From: Macrostomum lignano
Lineage: Eukaryota
DNA: 64,000 nucleotides
Direction of reading: 5' to 3'
Assembly: GCA_002269645.1 (NCBI GenBank)
Contig: NIVC01003081.1
Location: 62,001 to 126,000, forward strand
Shown in pieces: positions 50,433 through 61,964 of this stretch; the first letter of the stretch is position 1, and every line of letters begins with the position of its first letter. The position numbers and the translations under genes were made by a program. The notes beneath the pieces are model-generated. The model did no database searches. It saw only the letters and a program-made list of their open reading frames with translations, and was not told where the DNA came from.

Positions 50433-51096
50433 CCCGTTAAATTTTATAGTCAAGGATTCAATATGTATATTTCTGCAATAATATACTGATAAATCCTTGA
50501 TCTTACCCGTATGCACTAGTGCAGTAGAAGCATTAGAAGAGAAATAAGAATGAGGCAGATCTACACAGGTAAAGGCAATAAAACTTCAACAACCCATAAG
50601 GCCGATCCAGGGAAAGTGTGCGAACACTATAAATTTCTCTTGTTGCTTCTGAACAGAAGAGAAAACGAGAGAGAAACAGTGGGGGAATGAGAAGTGGGTG
50701 GCTTTTAGACACGCCCTGCAGCATAGGCGCAGAAGAAGTTAATGATTGGCTGCCCACACGACAGACCATACAGCAGTTCTCTCCTTCCACTGCTCACTCA
50801 ACAATAAAGTAACATTTGCACCGCATAGACCTCACTGCACGCCAGCATATATGCCTATTGCAGCCCCCGCGAGTACACCGAGAGAAATTGGATTCGCTCT
50901 CTCAACGCCACTCACTGCTCGCACAATAGACTGCATGGAATAAAAAATAGAGAATTTCAATACGTACGCTGTGCAATTTGGCATGCTATCTAGAGCTCAG
51001 TTCGACTCAAAATTCTGCTAGCCACCTGGGTATTTCTACTGCAGATCTTCTTCTTGTTGATCCAATACCTTGTCCCAAATAGCTGTCGCTACACTC

Positions 51097-54000
51097 ATGA
51101 TCAAAAAGTCATTGGCCAAATGTCAGCGCTGCGGCAGAGCTGTCTACCAGACGGAAAAAATTGGCCCAATAAATGACGCAGTGTTTCATCGGAACTGCTT
51201 CCGGTGCCAGACGTGCAACATATCGCTCAATGTTGGCACCTACTGCGCTAATCCAGCGGACAGCGCTGACCGAGGCGTCTACTGTGCGAGCCACCGACCG
51301 CAGCTGAAGAATACTCAAATGGATATGGAAGCGGTGAGTGCAGGTCAGGCCTGCCAATCCCCAGGTAGATGTCCGATTCCCTCTGCTCAGGTCTATAGCA
51401 GTCAATGCATGTATCAGTCTCTCCGCTCATCCTTCAAGACACTCCTGACATGAGCCATTAACACAGCTCATCTTCAAGACACTCCTGACATGAGCCATTA
51501 ACACAGCTCATCTTTGAAGACACTCCTGACATGAGCCATTAACACAGCTCATCTTTGAAGACACTCCTGACATGAGCCATTAACACAGCTCATCTTTGAA
51601 GACACTCCTGACATGAGCCATTAACACAGTTCATCCTTCAAGACAGTCTGACATATGTCTTTGGGTTGAAGTATAACGGTCTCCGCAGACATCGTTGTTG
51701 TAATTGAATATAATATTTAGTATCATGTCGAAGACTTGTATCTTTCTATCGATCTGTTAACAAGTCTCAAAGTATTATTAGCCTTGAGTAATTTTACACT
51801 CCGATTCACCCAACCCAACCAGACAGTGACGCTCGGCCATTTTTTAACACTTAACAAATATTTGGCCCAGAAAACAGCTGCAAATTGGTTTGACTTATTT
51901 TTAGCACACAGTTTGTTGCATGCCTTGCTCAAAATGGAACTAGGAGATCAATTAAAACTAATGGCTTTAAAACTATTTAAAACTATAATTTTCTACCCGA
52001 AGGGCCATTTTAGGGTTTGAGAAGACTGTAATTGTATCAGAATGAATCAATTATGGCTTGAAAATGATGTGCATGTAGCACTTATTTAAGCACTATCGAT
52101 GATTGCCTGTGGCCCAGTCAGTTTGATGAGTAGATTAATTTGCAAATAAATCAATCATAACACGCGCCAGGTTGGCCTTCGCACCGCGGTGTCCGCTCAG
52201 AATTTCTACAACAAGACCAAAGATCGGGACGCCGACATTCACCGCAAAAGCCAGGTGGACGCTCAGGCCATCAGCATCAAGCAGGCGGTCACGTGCACCC
52301 GGATGCGAAACGAAGACTTGGACGCGAAAGCGATTACGCGAAGTCAGGTGCCAACTGTTGAGTTGGAGTCTGTTGGAATTCAGGTATAATTAATTTTGAT
52401 AATACATTGGAACCATCCATTGAATGTTCAAACTTTCGCTGAAACTTTTCGGTAGACTGTCGGTGTGGAATTTGGTTTTAATCAACCTTCGGTGAAATTG
52501 GGGAGTTTCGGTGGAAGTTAGGAAGTTTCGGTGAATTTGGAAGTTGGAAGTTGAAATTTCGGTGAAGTTAGGGAGTTTCGGTGGACGTTGGGGAGTTTCG
52601 TTGAAGTTGGGGAGTTTCGGTGGACGTTGGGGAGTTTCGGTGAAGTTAGGGAGTTTCGGTGGACGTTGGGGAGTTTCGTTGAAGTTGGGGAGTTTCGGTG
52701 GACGTTGGGAGTTTCGTTGAAGTTGGGGAGTTTCGGTGGACGTTGGGGAGTTTCGTTGAAGTTGGGGAGTTTCGGTGGACGTTGGGGAGTTTCGGTGAAG
52801 TTAGGGAGTTTCGGTGGACGTTGGGAGTTTCGTTGAAGTTGGGGTTTCGGTGGACGTTGGGGAGTTTCGGTGAAGTTAGGGAGTTTCGGTGAAGTTAGGG
52901 AGTTTCGGTGAAGTTAGGGAGTTTCGGTGAAGTTAGGGAGTTTCGGTGAAGTTAGGGAGTTTCGGTGAAGTTAGGGAGTTTCGGTGAAGTTGGGGAGTTT
53001 CGGTGAAGTTAGGGAGTTTCAGTGGACGTTGGATAATTTTGGAGAGTTCCAGTTCGTGAATGAATTTGGTTTACGTTCTGGGAGTTTTTGTGGTAGAATC
53101 ATCCCATTATGAGGCCGATAAATGCAGGCAGGTTTACCAAATATTTGTCCTAATCCAACCGCAGGGTCCGGTCCGAGCTCAGCGGATGCGGCGACAGAAG
53201 CGGGCCACCTACAGCCGGCACCACTTCTTTCCTCAGTTGGTGGCGCAGAGACGCAAGGAGATGCGTGAGGCTCAGGCCACGCTGGAGAGGCGGCATCGAG
53301 AAGAGGAGGACTCGCTGTTTCGCCGGCTCATGGAGGAGAGGGAGCTCAGGGAGAGGAAACTGGCCGCAGAGATGAAGGAGACCTGGGAGACCCGGCTGGA
53401 AGAGCTGACCCGGCGGCAAGCGCCCGAAGGTGAAAGAGAGGAGCTGCGACGCACCATCAGGTTCAAGGAGCAGGAGCAGCGGAGTCTGATTGAGTCGCAG
53501 ATTCAGGAGCAGGCTCAGGAAAGAACGGCCGAATTGGTTGCTAGGCAGAGTCGGGAGATGCTGCAGCTGCTGGCCAAGAAGCAGCAGGAGATGGAGGTGA
53601 GGGCTAATGAGATCTCTGAATTCGTTTTATTCAGGAATGTACTTGTACCTAGACACTTCAAGGACCGTTGTATTAGAACGTAGCACTTGTGCCGAACTTC
53701 TTTTTGAGCACTTAATTGCTTCCAGATCGCATAAAGATGCATGCAACACGTGTTTGGTCCCAATTTTTAATCGACTTGAATTAACTTGGGAAAACTTTTA
53801 TTTTCCCCACCCCGAACCAGCAGATTAAAAAAAATAGGATAAAAACTTGTATATCATGAGAGGGGTTTTAGTGAAATGCAACAAACCAACTTCCCTCCAC
53901 TGTGACGTCTGTTTTCCACGCTTCTAGTCCATGTCTTATTTCTAGAAGTCCATGATATGATGCAGTCAAAAGAATACAAGAAGTTACTAAGCAGCAAGTA

Positions 54001-57000
54001 GATGTCTATGGCTGAACTCTCAACAGTGAGTTGCTCTGCTAGGACCCGCTCTTTGTCTTCTCTCTCTGGCTGTCTAAGTTCCGAGGCAAACAAAAAGCAA
54101 AGTTACTGGCAAGGCAAAAAGAGAGTTGTTGATAGCATTCAGTTAGTTAACCTTTATTCCTAACAATGGCATTAGAAGAGTCCAATTTGGTAACAAATAC
54201 TAACGATCCAAGCATGGGAGCCACTTCTAGTAACCATGATGACGATGACAATGCCGACAATTTGCAGCAAGAACTGGAAGACCTGGAGGAGGGCGGCAGG
54301 CAGGGCGGCGGAGGAGGCAGCGGCGGGAGTCCCAATGTCCAGTCGATGGCGTCGATGACTTTGACGGCGAATTATGAGAATTCGAGCAGCTCGATAGCAA
54401 CAGTAGACCAGCAGCAGCAGGACCAGGACCATCAAGAAGACGATGCGAAAACTCAGCATCCGGCATCTGGCGATGATGCAGCAACATCGATTGACTCGGT
54501 GGAGCTGCCTCAGCCACAGGCGGCTGGCGACGAGGATCAGAGCGACGCGGTGCCAATCATTCCCGAACGGGTGCCGTCTCCCGTTGCCCCGACCAGGCGC
54601 AAGTCCGCCCTGTACACCGACGCCTCCATATTTCGTCAGCTAGACGAGCACGTGATCAACATTGCCGAGGGCGAGCAGTTGACGTTCACGGATTTGGCCG
54701 ACCAGTTAACGACAGTGTGCATGTCGGAGTTGGAAAAGGTGCGCGCGATATTCCGCTGGATAACGGTGAAAGATTTGTCAGCTCTGCGCATCGACAAGTG
54801 GAATCCGGACACGCCGATGGGCCTGCTGCGGGGCATTCAGTTCGGCACGGAGACCTACCATGTGCTGTTCATGCGGCTCTGCTCCTATGCTGGAATCCAC
54901 GCCGTTGAGATCAAGGGTGAGTGCTTTTTTGAGTAGGTAGGTTCATTGCTCAAATTAGCATGCGTTGATTCTATGACTCAATGTGGGAGTTTTTGAGATT
55001 CTATGACTCAATGTGAGAGTTTCTGAGATTCTATGACTCAATGTGGGAGTTTCTGAGATTCTATGACTCAATGTGGGAGTTTCTGAGATTCTATGACTCA
55101 ATGCGAGAGTTTTTGAGATTCTATGACTCAATGTGAGAGTTTCTGAGATTCTATGACTCAATGTGGGAGTTTCTGAGATTCTATGACTCAATGTGAGAGT
55201 TTCTGAGATTCTATGACTCAATCTGAGAGTTGTTGAGATGCCAAGGCTCATGGGGTCGAGTTGCTGAGCTGCCAAAGCTCAAGGGGTCGAGTTTCTGAGA
55301 TGTAAAGGCTCAAAAAAAGAGATGGCTGAAATATTAGGTTAGAGGCTTGATACCAGGGTAATGCTTTTGTGCTTAATTATCATTTATCTCTAACAAGCTA
55401 GCAACAGACGTAACAAAACCAGGATTTTAAATGTAGTTTTTAAAATTCCTTTCTTTGGTTTGGTGCCTCACTAACAGGTGAGACTAAAATAACTGCGTAC
55501 GTGCCAAAGTCTCATTTTGACATCTGGAATTGTATACAAAATGTACTGCAAATGTAATAACTCGTTGACTCATTCGAAAATTTGTACTCAGAACGAATAT
55601 GAAGGTGTCTAAGTACCTAGCCGCAATGCTCAGTACAAGCAAGTTCGTAGCAAAGCCCCACCATGCTTGTATCCATGCTAACATGAACTTCAGTTTTGTC
55701 TGTAAGAAGAGAATTTGTAATAATGTTACTAAATAACCACTCATCTGCTTTCAAAAAAATCTACACAAACTTGAGAGGCTTGTTTCTCGTCACCAAAGCT
55801 TGAATAGAGAGTAAAGAGAGGTCACTTGAATACCCTGCTAGCTAGTCGGGTGTCAGTCTATGCTGTAGGCTTGTGTCTAATTAAAAGTAGCTCGTAGTAC
55901 TACAGTATTGTGTAAATAATTTATATATTTAATATTTGCAGTAATAAAACACTAATTTTACAGTAGTTTTAAGAGGCAAAGGTACCGAGCCACACGGCTC
56001 AATCATTCGTTCACCAAGACTATTAGCTGTTTACCACATTGTATTATTACCGCTAGGCTAGGGGTTGTAGCCTAGTGGTAAGACCGTCCGACTGACGACT
56101 GAAAGGTCGGGGGGTTCGATTCTCGACCCACTCGGAACAATTTGTGTCACTGAGCAAGACACTTAACTCTGCATTGCTTCAGTTCACCCAGGCGTAAAAT
56201 GGGTGCCAGCATTAGCTGGGGTAATTAAGGGTGTGTTGTGGCGACCCCCCCAGTCCTTGGACTGAACGGCAATAGCTGCGGCTGAGCTGTCGGTTGCACA
56301 TAGGGCAGGTGTAATAAAAATATTGTATGAGCACCATTTAGACTGACGGATGTGTCTGAGTTTAAGTTGATTAATAAAGTTACTGTTAGTAGCGGCATTT
56401 ATCTCCGAAAAGAAAATCTAACTTTGAAATCACCTCGGAACAAACGCAAGCTTAAGAATTACAACAAATCCCGCAGGTTATTCAAAGTCGGTTGGCTACG
56501 AGCCCGGCATGAAGTTTCGTCAGGCTAACAAATTCAAGAACACGTGGAACGCTGTTTACGTTGAAGGCGACTGGCGTTTGATCCAGTGCAACTGGGCCGC
56601 TAGACACCTTGTGTTCAACCGCACTACTGGCAGTAGCCAAGCTGCGTCGGCTGCTGCTGCTCCGGCCACTTCTCCATCAACCAGCAGTGGCACTAGCGGC
56701 GGCGGAGCCTCCGAGAACCTGCGCTACCACTACGACGAGCACTACTTCCTGACAGATCCCGACCAGTTTATCTACGAATTCTATCCGCTGGACCCGAGGT
56801 GGCAGCTGTTGGAGAAGCCGATCAGTCTAGCCGAATTCGAAGAGTTGCCGTTTGTTCGATCGGCGTTCTTCCAGTACGGCATGCGCTTTCCGTCGGGCAC
56901 GAAGGCTGTGCTGGAGACGGACACGACTGGCGGCGCGATACTGGAGCTGGGACTCCGGGATCCCAGCCTGCCGCTGGTCTGTCACTATCAGCTCCGCAAC

Positions 57001-58073
57001 GCCGAAACGGGCGCCGCGCACTACAAAGGGACCAAACTCGATCGATTCGTGTTCTTCACCGTCCGCTCGCCCGGTCGCCTAGTATTCGACGTGCACGTGC
57101 CGAACCTGGATGCCTATTTCCTGGAAATATTCGCCGCCCTAGTTGAGCCAAACAATCCGGCCACTTACGGCTATCAGGTGCGATTGAAATGCGTCGCCAA
57201 GCTGAAAGTGGTGGCGCCCGAGCTGCAGAAGCGAATGACTCCGCTGCCGCAGTCCAGCAGCAGCACCGGCGAATGGGGACCGTCCAAGGCCATGCGGCAC
57301 TTCCTCATCCAGCCGATGAGTCACACGGCGGCCGGCATCAACTTCGACGGCAGCCTCTCCAGAGAGTTGTCCATCGATTTCCAGGTGCCCGCCAGCATCC
57401 TCAGCGAGAACTCGCGTTCTCCGTTCTGCTGCACAAGAACGGCATCACGCCGCAGGCTCTGTCGCGTTACGCTCGAATCCAAATGGACGAACGTCGCAGC
57501 GTGCTTACTGTGCGCTTTCAACCACCCGAGTCTGGCGCCTACGCATTGGAGATCTTCCTCGAGAGGAAGAATAGCCAACCAACTCACGTATGCAAGTACC
57601 TGGTGCGCTGCTTGAATGTGCAATCTAATGCGATCTTGACTCTGACTAAACCACCTGTACCGGACGAGTTCAAAGTCAAGTCCGGCGCCAACTCTCCGGT
57701 GGTGAAGCGCCTGGCGGTAGCTTACGCCTCCGACGTGCCGTTCAAGTCTTCGGTTGATGGCAAATCCGTGTCGCTGAGATTCGCGTTTTCCGACGAGCAG
57801 CACCTCGAGTTCATAACTTCGTTGAGTCGCCTACCGTCCGATGGTAAGAAGCAGAACTCAACGGACTCGTCGGCGGTGGAGGATCATTCAGATAATTGCG
57901 AGATTCGGGTGGTGGACCAGGTAGCCAAAGTGATCGCTCATTTCGTCACCGACGGCCGCTACAATTTGCACCTGTTGGCCAGACGAGCTCAATCGGATGC
58001 CCAGTTTGAGCTTTGTTACACTTTCAAGCTGGACGTCACCCTACCAAAGGCAGTGCCGTCACAGAGTGCTTGA
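51097..58073 (+). CDS. Hillarin/KY-like protein: N-terminal LIM domain, coiled coil, transglutaminase-like (pseudo-enzyme) domain and C-terminal beta-sandwich-like repeats. Exons 51097-51333, 52171-52383, 53165-53596, ~54268 (or 54166)-54916, 56477-58073 (one base short near 57388)
   Basis: LIM CQRCGRAVYQTEK...FHRNCFRCQTC...VYCASH; GTETYHVLFMRLCSYAGIHAVEIKG|YSKSVGYEPG; NTWNAVYVEGDWRLIQCNWAARHLV; YHYDEHYFLTDPDQFIYEFYPLDPRWQLL; THVCKYLV. Splice phases are consistent. The 5' boundary of exon 4 is uncertain. Confidence 0.9.
51428..51650. repeat. 40-41 bp tandem repeat (GACACTCCTGACATGAGCCATTAACACAGCTCATCTTTGAA) in hillarin intron 1
   Basis: About 5.5 near-identical units. Confidence 0.94.
52490..53030. 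repeat. 19-20 bp minisatellite (GGGAGTTTCGGTGAAGTTA/GGGAGTTTCGGTGGACGTTG) in hillarin intron 2
   Basis: About 27 units. Confidence 0.95.
54965..55225. repeat. 30-bp minisatellite (GAGATTCTATGACTCAATGTGGGAGTTTCT) in the hillarin intron after 54916
   Basis: About 8.5 units. Confidence 0.95.
56061..56325 (+). mobile_element. tRNA-derived CORE-type SINE in a hillarin intron
   Basis: A box TAGCCTAGTGG, B box GGTTCGATTC, then TGTGTCACTGAGCAAGACACTTAACTCTGCATTGCTTCAGTTCACCCAGGCGTAAAATGGG, resembling the CORE consensus (GCAAGTCACTTAAC...CTCAGTT...GTAAAATGGG). Confidence 0.8.
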
Positions 58074-58849
58074 TGTGCAGTTTTCTATGAAGAACATTTA
58101 CAGTACATACACGCGCATGACTAGTTAACCATATAAAACTATAGGAAAGTTTGATTTCCATGAAAGTATAGCTACAGTGTAAATGTATAAACATTTTTTG
58201 CTAAGTTTCAGCAATAGGAAAAGCCTCGCAATGTGGGTGGTTGAAACAGTGTCGCTTTTAATATTTTTATTTTAAAGGACGAGTTAACATTCAACTAAAT
58301 ATTTTTTATCGCCACATTCTAACAAAAAGCTAAACTAACGCAGGGTTTATCTGTCGCAGATAAACAAATTAAAACGAGGCGCGACGTGCATCTAAAAAAC
58401 TTTTTACGTAATTAACCAGCGTTCCATGCCACATCGCTAAACTTTGCTCTGCTATAATCATTTTAAATTACCAAATTCTCATGCATACCTACTGATTAGA
58501 TTTTCATCAAAACTCTGTATTGATCACACTTCGATGCCTAAAAACATCGCTACTTCTATGCGTGTCGACACAATTAAAAAGAGCGAATAAAAATGGTAAA
58601 AAATATATTCTGAAGCGTCTGCACCAAAGTGCGAATAAGTTTTCTGTCTAAATAATAATCACTAATATTTTTTTCTGCAGATGGCACATAGGGTGCATGC
58701 AGTGGCGGTTGGTGGTCATGTGCGGTTAGGCGGTGGTCTAGTGGATGCTTTCCATATATAAGATCCAAAATTAAGGATACTCTGCCCCGAAAAATAATAT
58801 TTGCCGGATGTAGGAACCCCTGACACGTTGCGCTTTCATATCTCCGAAA

Positions 58850-59741
58850 CAACACAACAACAGAATACGCAGTTAGCGTCACGAGGCGCGCTTCAAGGCC
58901 AGGTCGCGAATGAACGCCACGCCGCCGGCCGAATCCGGGGCGCCGGCGTTAGCCAGAAGGCAGTCGACGAAACGCCGAGTGCGCGCCTGCCCCCGCCGGT
59001 AGGGTGCCTGCAGCCTCAGCAGCACCTGCACCGGCTCTGGGCAGTGCGACTCGGCGCGGATGATGTGGCCTGCCAGCTGGAGTCGCCGCCGGCGCAACAG
59101 GTCGTTTGGACGGACCAGGCCGGCGCGGTGATACAAAGCCGCGTTGGTCACTCGCTCGTTGCCGATCTTGAAGGCTGCGCACAGCAGGCTAGCGTGCGCC
59201 GCGTCAACTTGTTGCTCGAGCGACTCCGTCAGGGTCCAGGTCTCGGCGTTGTACAGCAGGACGGTCTCGATCACTGCCTGGAACAACGCGCCGCCCTCTG
59301 GCGGTCAGGTAAGGCCTCAGACTGCAGGACTGCCCTCACGGAACGAAAGGCAGCCCGAGCCCAGCCAAGCACGCGGCGACGCCGCAAATCCTCGCGAACG
59401 CCGGGAACCAGACCGCCGAGGTAGACGAACTGCTGACAACGCGGAAGCTCTGTCGCCTGTTCATCAGCGCCTCGGCACAAAATTAATTTGCAGCCTCGTC
59501 GTCCGGCACGCAGAGCACGATGGTTTTCTGGGTGTTGACCACCAGGCCCACACTCGTTGCATCAGCAACTAGCTTGTCCAGTTATCGCTGGGCGCCCTCG
59601 ACAGTTGACGGGTGAGATCGTCGGCGTAGCCAAGCACACTGAGCAGCCTCCAAGGTTGACGTCGTCGCCGCAACAGCAAGCCGTCGTCGTTGGTAGGAAG
59701 AGCGGTCCGCAGCACCCAGTCAAGCACTGGGTGCTGCGGAC
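58850..59741 (-). mobile_element. 5'-truncated, frameshifted non-LTR retrotransposon (RTE-like), RT C-terminal half
   Basis: YADD motif (SVLGYADDL, 59617-59628), GLVVNTQKT, FVYLGG, LFQAVIETVLLYNAETWTL, RRLQLAGHIIR; GTT-type 3' tail; 13-bp TSD CATATCTCCGAAA at 58837-58849 and 59742-59754. Confidence 0.9.
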
Positions 59742-59774
59742 CATATCTCCGAAAGCATCTCTTTCATACATGTA

Positions 59775-60197
59775 TTACATCCGACAAGCCTAACACTAAC
59801 CCTGAAATATGAAGTTTTGGAGCTGTGAAAGAGGCTGATACATGTACATCCTAGAAGCCTAACCCTAACCCTGAAATATGAAGTTTCGGAGCTGTGAGAG
59901 GCTGCTACATGTACATCCGACAAGCCTAACCCTAACCCTGAAATATGAAGTTTTGGAGCTGTGAAAGAGGCTGATACATGTACATCCTAGAAGCCTAACC
60001 CTAACCCTGAAATATGAAGTTTCGGAGCTGTGAGAGGCTGCTACATGTACATCCGACAAGCCTAACCCTAACCCTGAAATATGAAGTTTTGGAGCTGTGA
60101 AAGAGGCTGCTACATGTACATCCGACAAGCCTAACCCTAACCCTGAAATATGAAGTTTTGGAGCTGTGAAAGAGGCTGCTACATGTACATCCGACAA
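59775..60197. repeat. ~60-62 bp alternating satellite containing CTAACCCTAACCCT
   Basis: About 7 units (…CTAACCCTAACCCTGAAATATGAAGTTTTGGAGCTGTGAAAGAGGCTGCTACATGTACATCCGACAAGC). Confidence 0.93.
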
Positions 60198-60432
60198 CAG
60201 CAGCCCGAACTTTATTTTTCGTTAGGCATGTACACTTCGCTAAGCCTTAGGGTTGGGCCTCAAGGTGAACGAGCAGAGCCAAGCTGAGGTTAAAATTTAG
60301 CCCCAAATTAATGGGACTGCACTTGGAATCGAGCCCACAGATACTAAAACACTTTATTATTTTTTATTATTATCTATGATCGAGCCTGGGCCGCTGGCAC
60401 ATCAGAGCTAGACCACTGGGCTACGGCAACCC
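60197..60432 (-). mobile_element. tRNA-derived SINE, family A, partial copy 3
   Basis: Head GCCGTAGCCCAGTGG...CCAGGCTCGAT, interrupted at about 60338-60378; body matches copies 1 and 2. Confidence 0.75.
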
Positions 60433-60699
60433 TGCAGGTATAGTAAATCAAGACAATTAAAGATAGCTTTTAATAAATATTGCTCGCATAGAAATGATCA
60501 AGTAAACGTTAATTACTGCTGACAATTTATATTTAACACTACTACAACATAGTATAATTTATGACGGTTAAAATATCTCAAAAAAAGCATGCGTGAGTGC
60601 AACGTCTGCAACACACCTACACGACAGCACAATGTAAGGCGATGAAATGCACGCACCGTACCGCGAATTGAAGCAAACAAATGAATCAGTGCAAGAGAG

Positions 60700-61964
60700 C
60701 TACCACCACCGCCGACCGTGCTTAATAGCATACGGGGTCAGGTGTCGTTCGACGTTGCACAGGTTGTGCTTGCGAACAAAGTCAAAATCGAACGGATTGA
60801 CGTTCACCTCGGAGACGTACTGGTCGTAACGCTGCTCAAAGTCGAGCATCTCCTGCGACACGAATCGAGCTTTGAAGGGCAGATAGCCGGCCATCTGGCG
60901 CAGCATTCGAAATGCCTCCTGCCAATCGAGATTGCCGCCCAATTCCAAAATGATTCGCTCGTCTTTTACTGGCGATTTGTAGAATTTCGGATCGCGTTTA
61001 CCGCCGCCAAGGGTGAGGCCGGGCGGCCGCTTGTAGCCCGCCATCCAGGGGGCGTCAACGCGCCAGACTGCGAACATCCGGTCCAGGTCCAGCTTCCGGT
61101 TCAACGACATCCGGATGGTTTCGAAGTGATTGTGTAACATCACGCCAGCCTCTAGGGCCTGAAAGAGTCGGTGGTTTGGGGTTGGCAGTTATTTAATAAG
61201 GGCGATTCTGAAGGCTCAGAGACTATTCTGAAGGCTCAGGGGCGATTCTGAAAGCTCACGTAGGTGACTCAGGGGGCGATTCTAAAGGCTCACGTAGGTG
61301 ACTCAGGGGGGCGATTCTAAAGGCTAACGTAGATGGCTCAGGAACGATTCTAAAGGCTCATGTAGATAGCTCAGGGACAGGGACGATTTTAAAGGCTCAG
61401 GTAGATAGCTCAGGGACAGGAACGATTCTAAAGGCTCAGGTAGATAGCTCAGGGACAGGGACGATTCTAAAGGCCCAGGTAGATAGCTCAGGGACGATTC
61501 TAAAGGCTTAGGTAGATGGCTCAGGGCCGATTTCAAACAGATGACTCAGGAGCCATTCTAAATGCATGACTCAGGAGCCATTCTAAATGCATGACTCAGG
61601 AGCCATTCTAAATGCTTGACACAGGGACCATTCTAAATGCATGACTCAGGAGCCAATTTACCTGCACTCCAAACTGCTTATGGATAAGCTTATTATGCAC
61701 GAGTTCCGGACCGCGAAAAATTGCCCGACTCTGCGTATAATGCCACTTGGCGCCTGGCGACACTAGCGAGCCAGCATTGGACGTTGGCACCTTGGGTCGG
61801 ATTGGCAGTCGACGCTGATCTCGCGGCACTTCAGCCTCGGACAGGGCGGGCTTCGGCTTCCAGTTCACACGCCAATGCCACAGATAGGGTGCAGCCAGGC
61901 AGCGGCTGGGCTGGCGACCAAAATTATCAACTACTACAGCTGAGGATAGGCGCTGCCGCCACAT
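60700..61964 (-). CDS. MRPL16: 39S mitochondrial ribosomal protein L16 (uL16m), ~253 aa. Exons 61964 (or 61985)-61662, 61158-60700
   Basis: RGPELVHNKLIHKQFGVQ|ALEAGVMLHNHFETIRMSLNRKLD...FAVWRVDAPW...LGGGK...PVKDERIILELGG...LPFKARFVS...NPFDF. Phase-0 GT-AG intron and an Arg/Ser-rich N-terminal transit-like peptide. Confidence 0.93.
61205..61650. repeat. Degenerate CGATTCTAAAGGCTCA-based minisatellite in the MRPL16 intron
   Basis: Units of about 20-38 bp that change along the array. Confidence 0.88.

Noticed and set aside
56061-56135. tRNA gene (also the heads at about 40388, 50432 and 60432)
   Set aside because: A and B boxes are present, but there is no convincing cloverleaf and each continues into a SINE body.
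40376-60423. Three family-A SINE heads spaced about 10.04 kb and 10.00 kb apart, all on the minus strand
   Set aside because: Only three copies of different ages in unrelated contexts; no mechanism, so most likely coincidence.
60718-61137. 139-aa + strand ORF (and similar antisense ORFs over METTL3, hunchback and the RT fragment)
   Set aside because: Antisense shadows of well-supported coding exons on the opposite strand.
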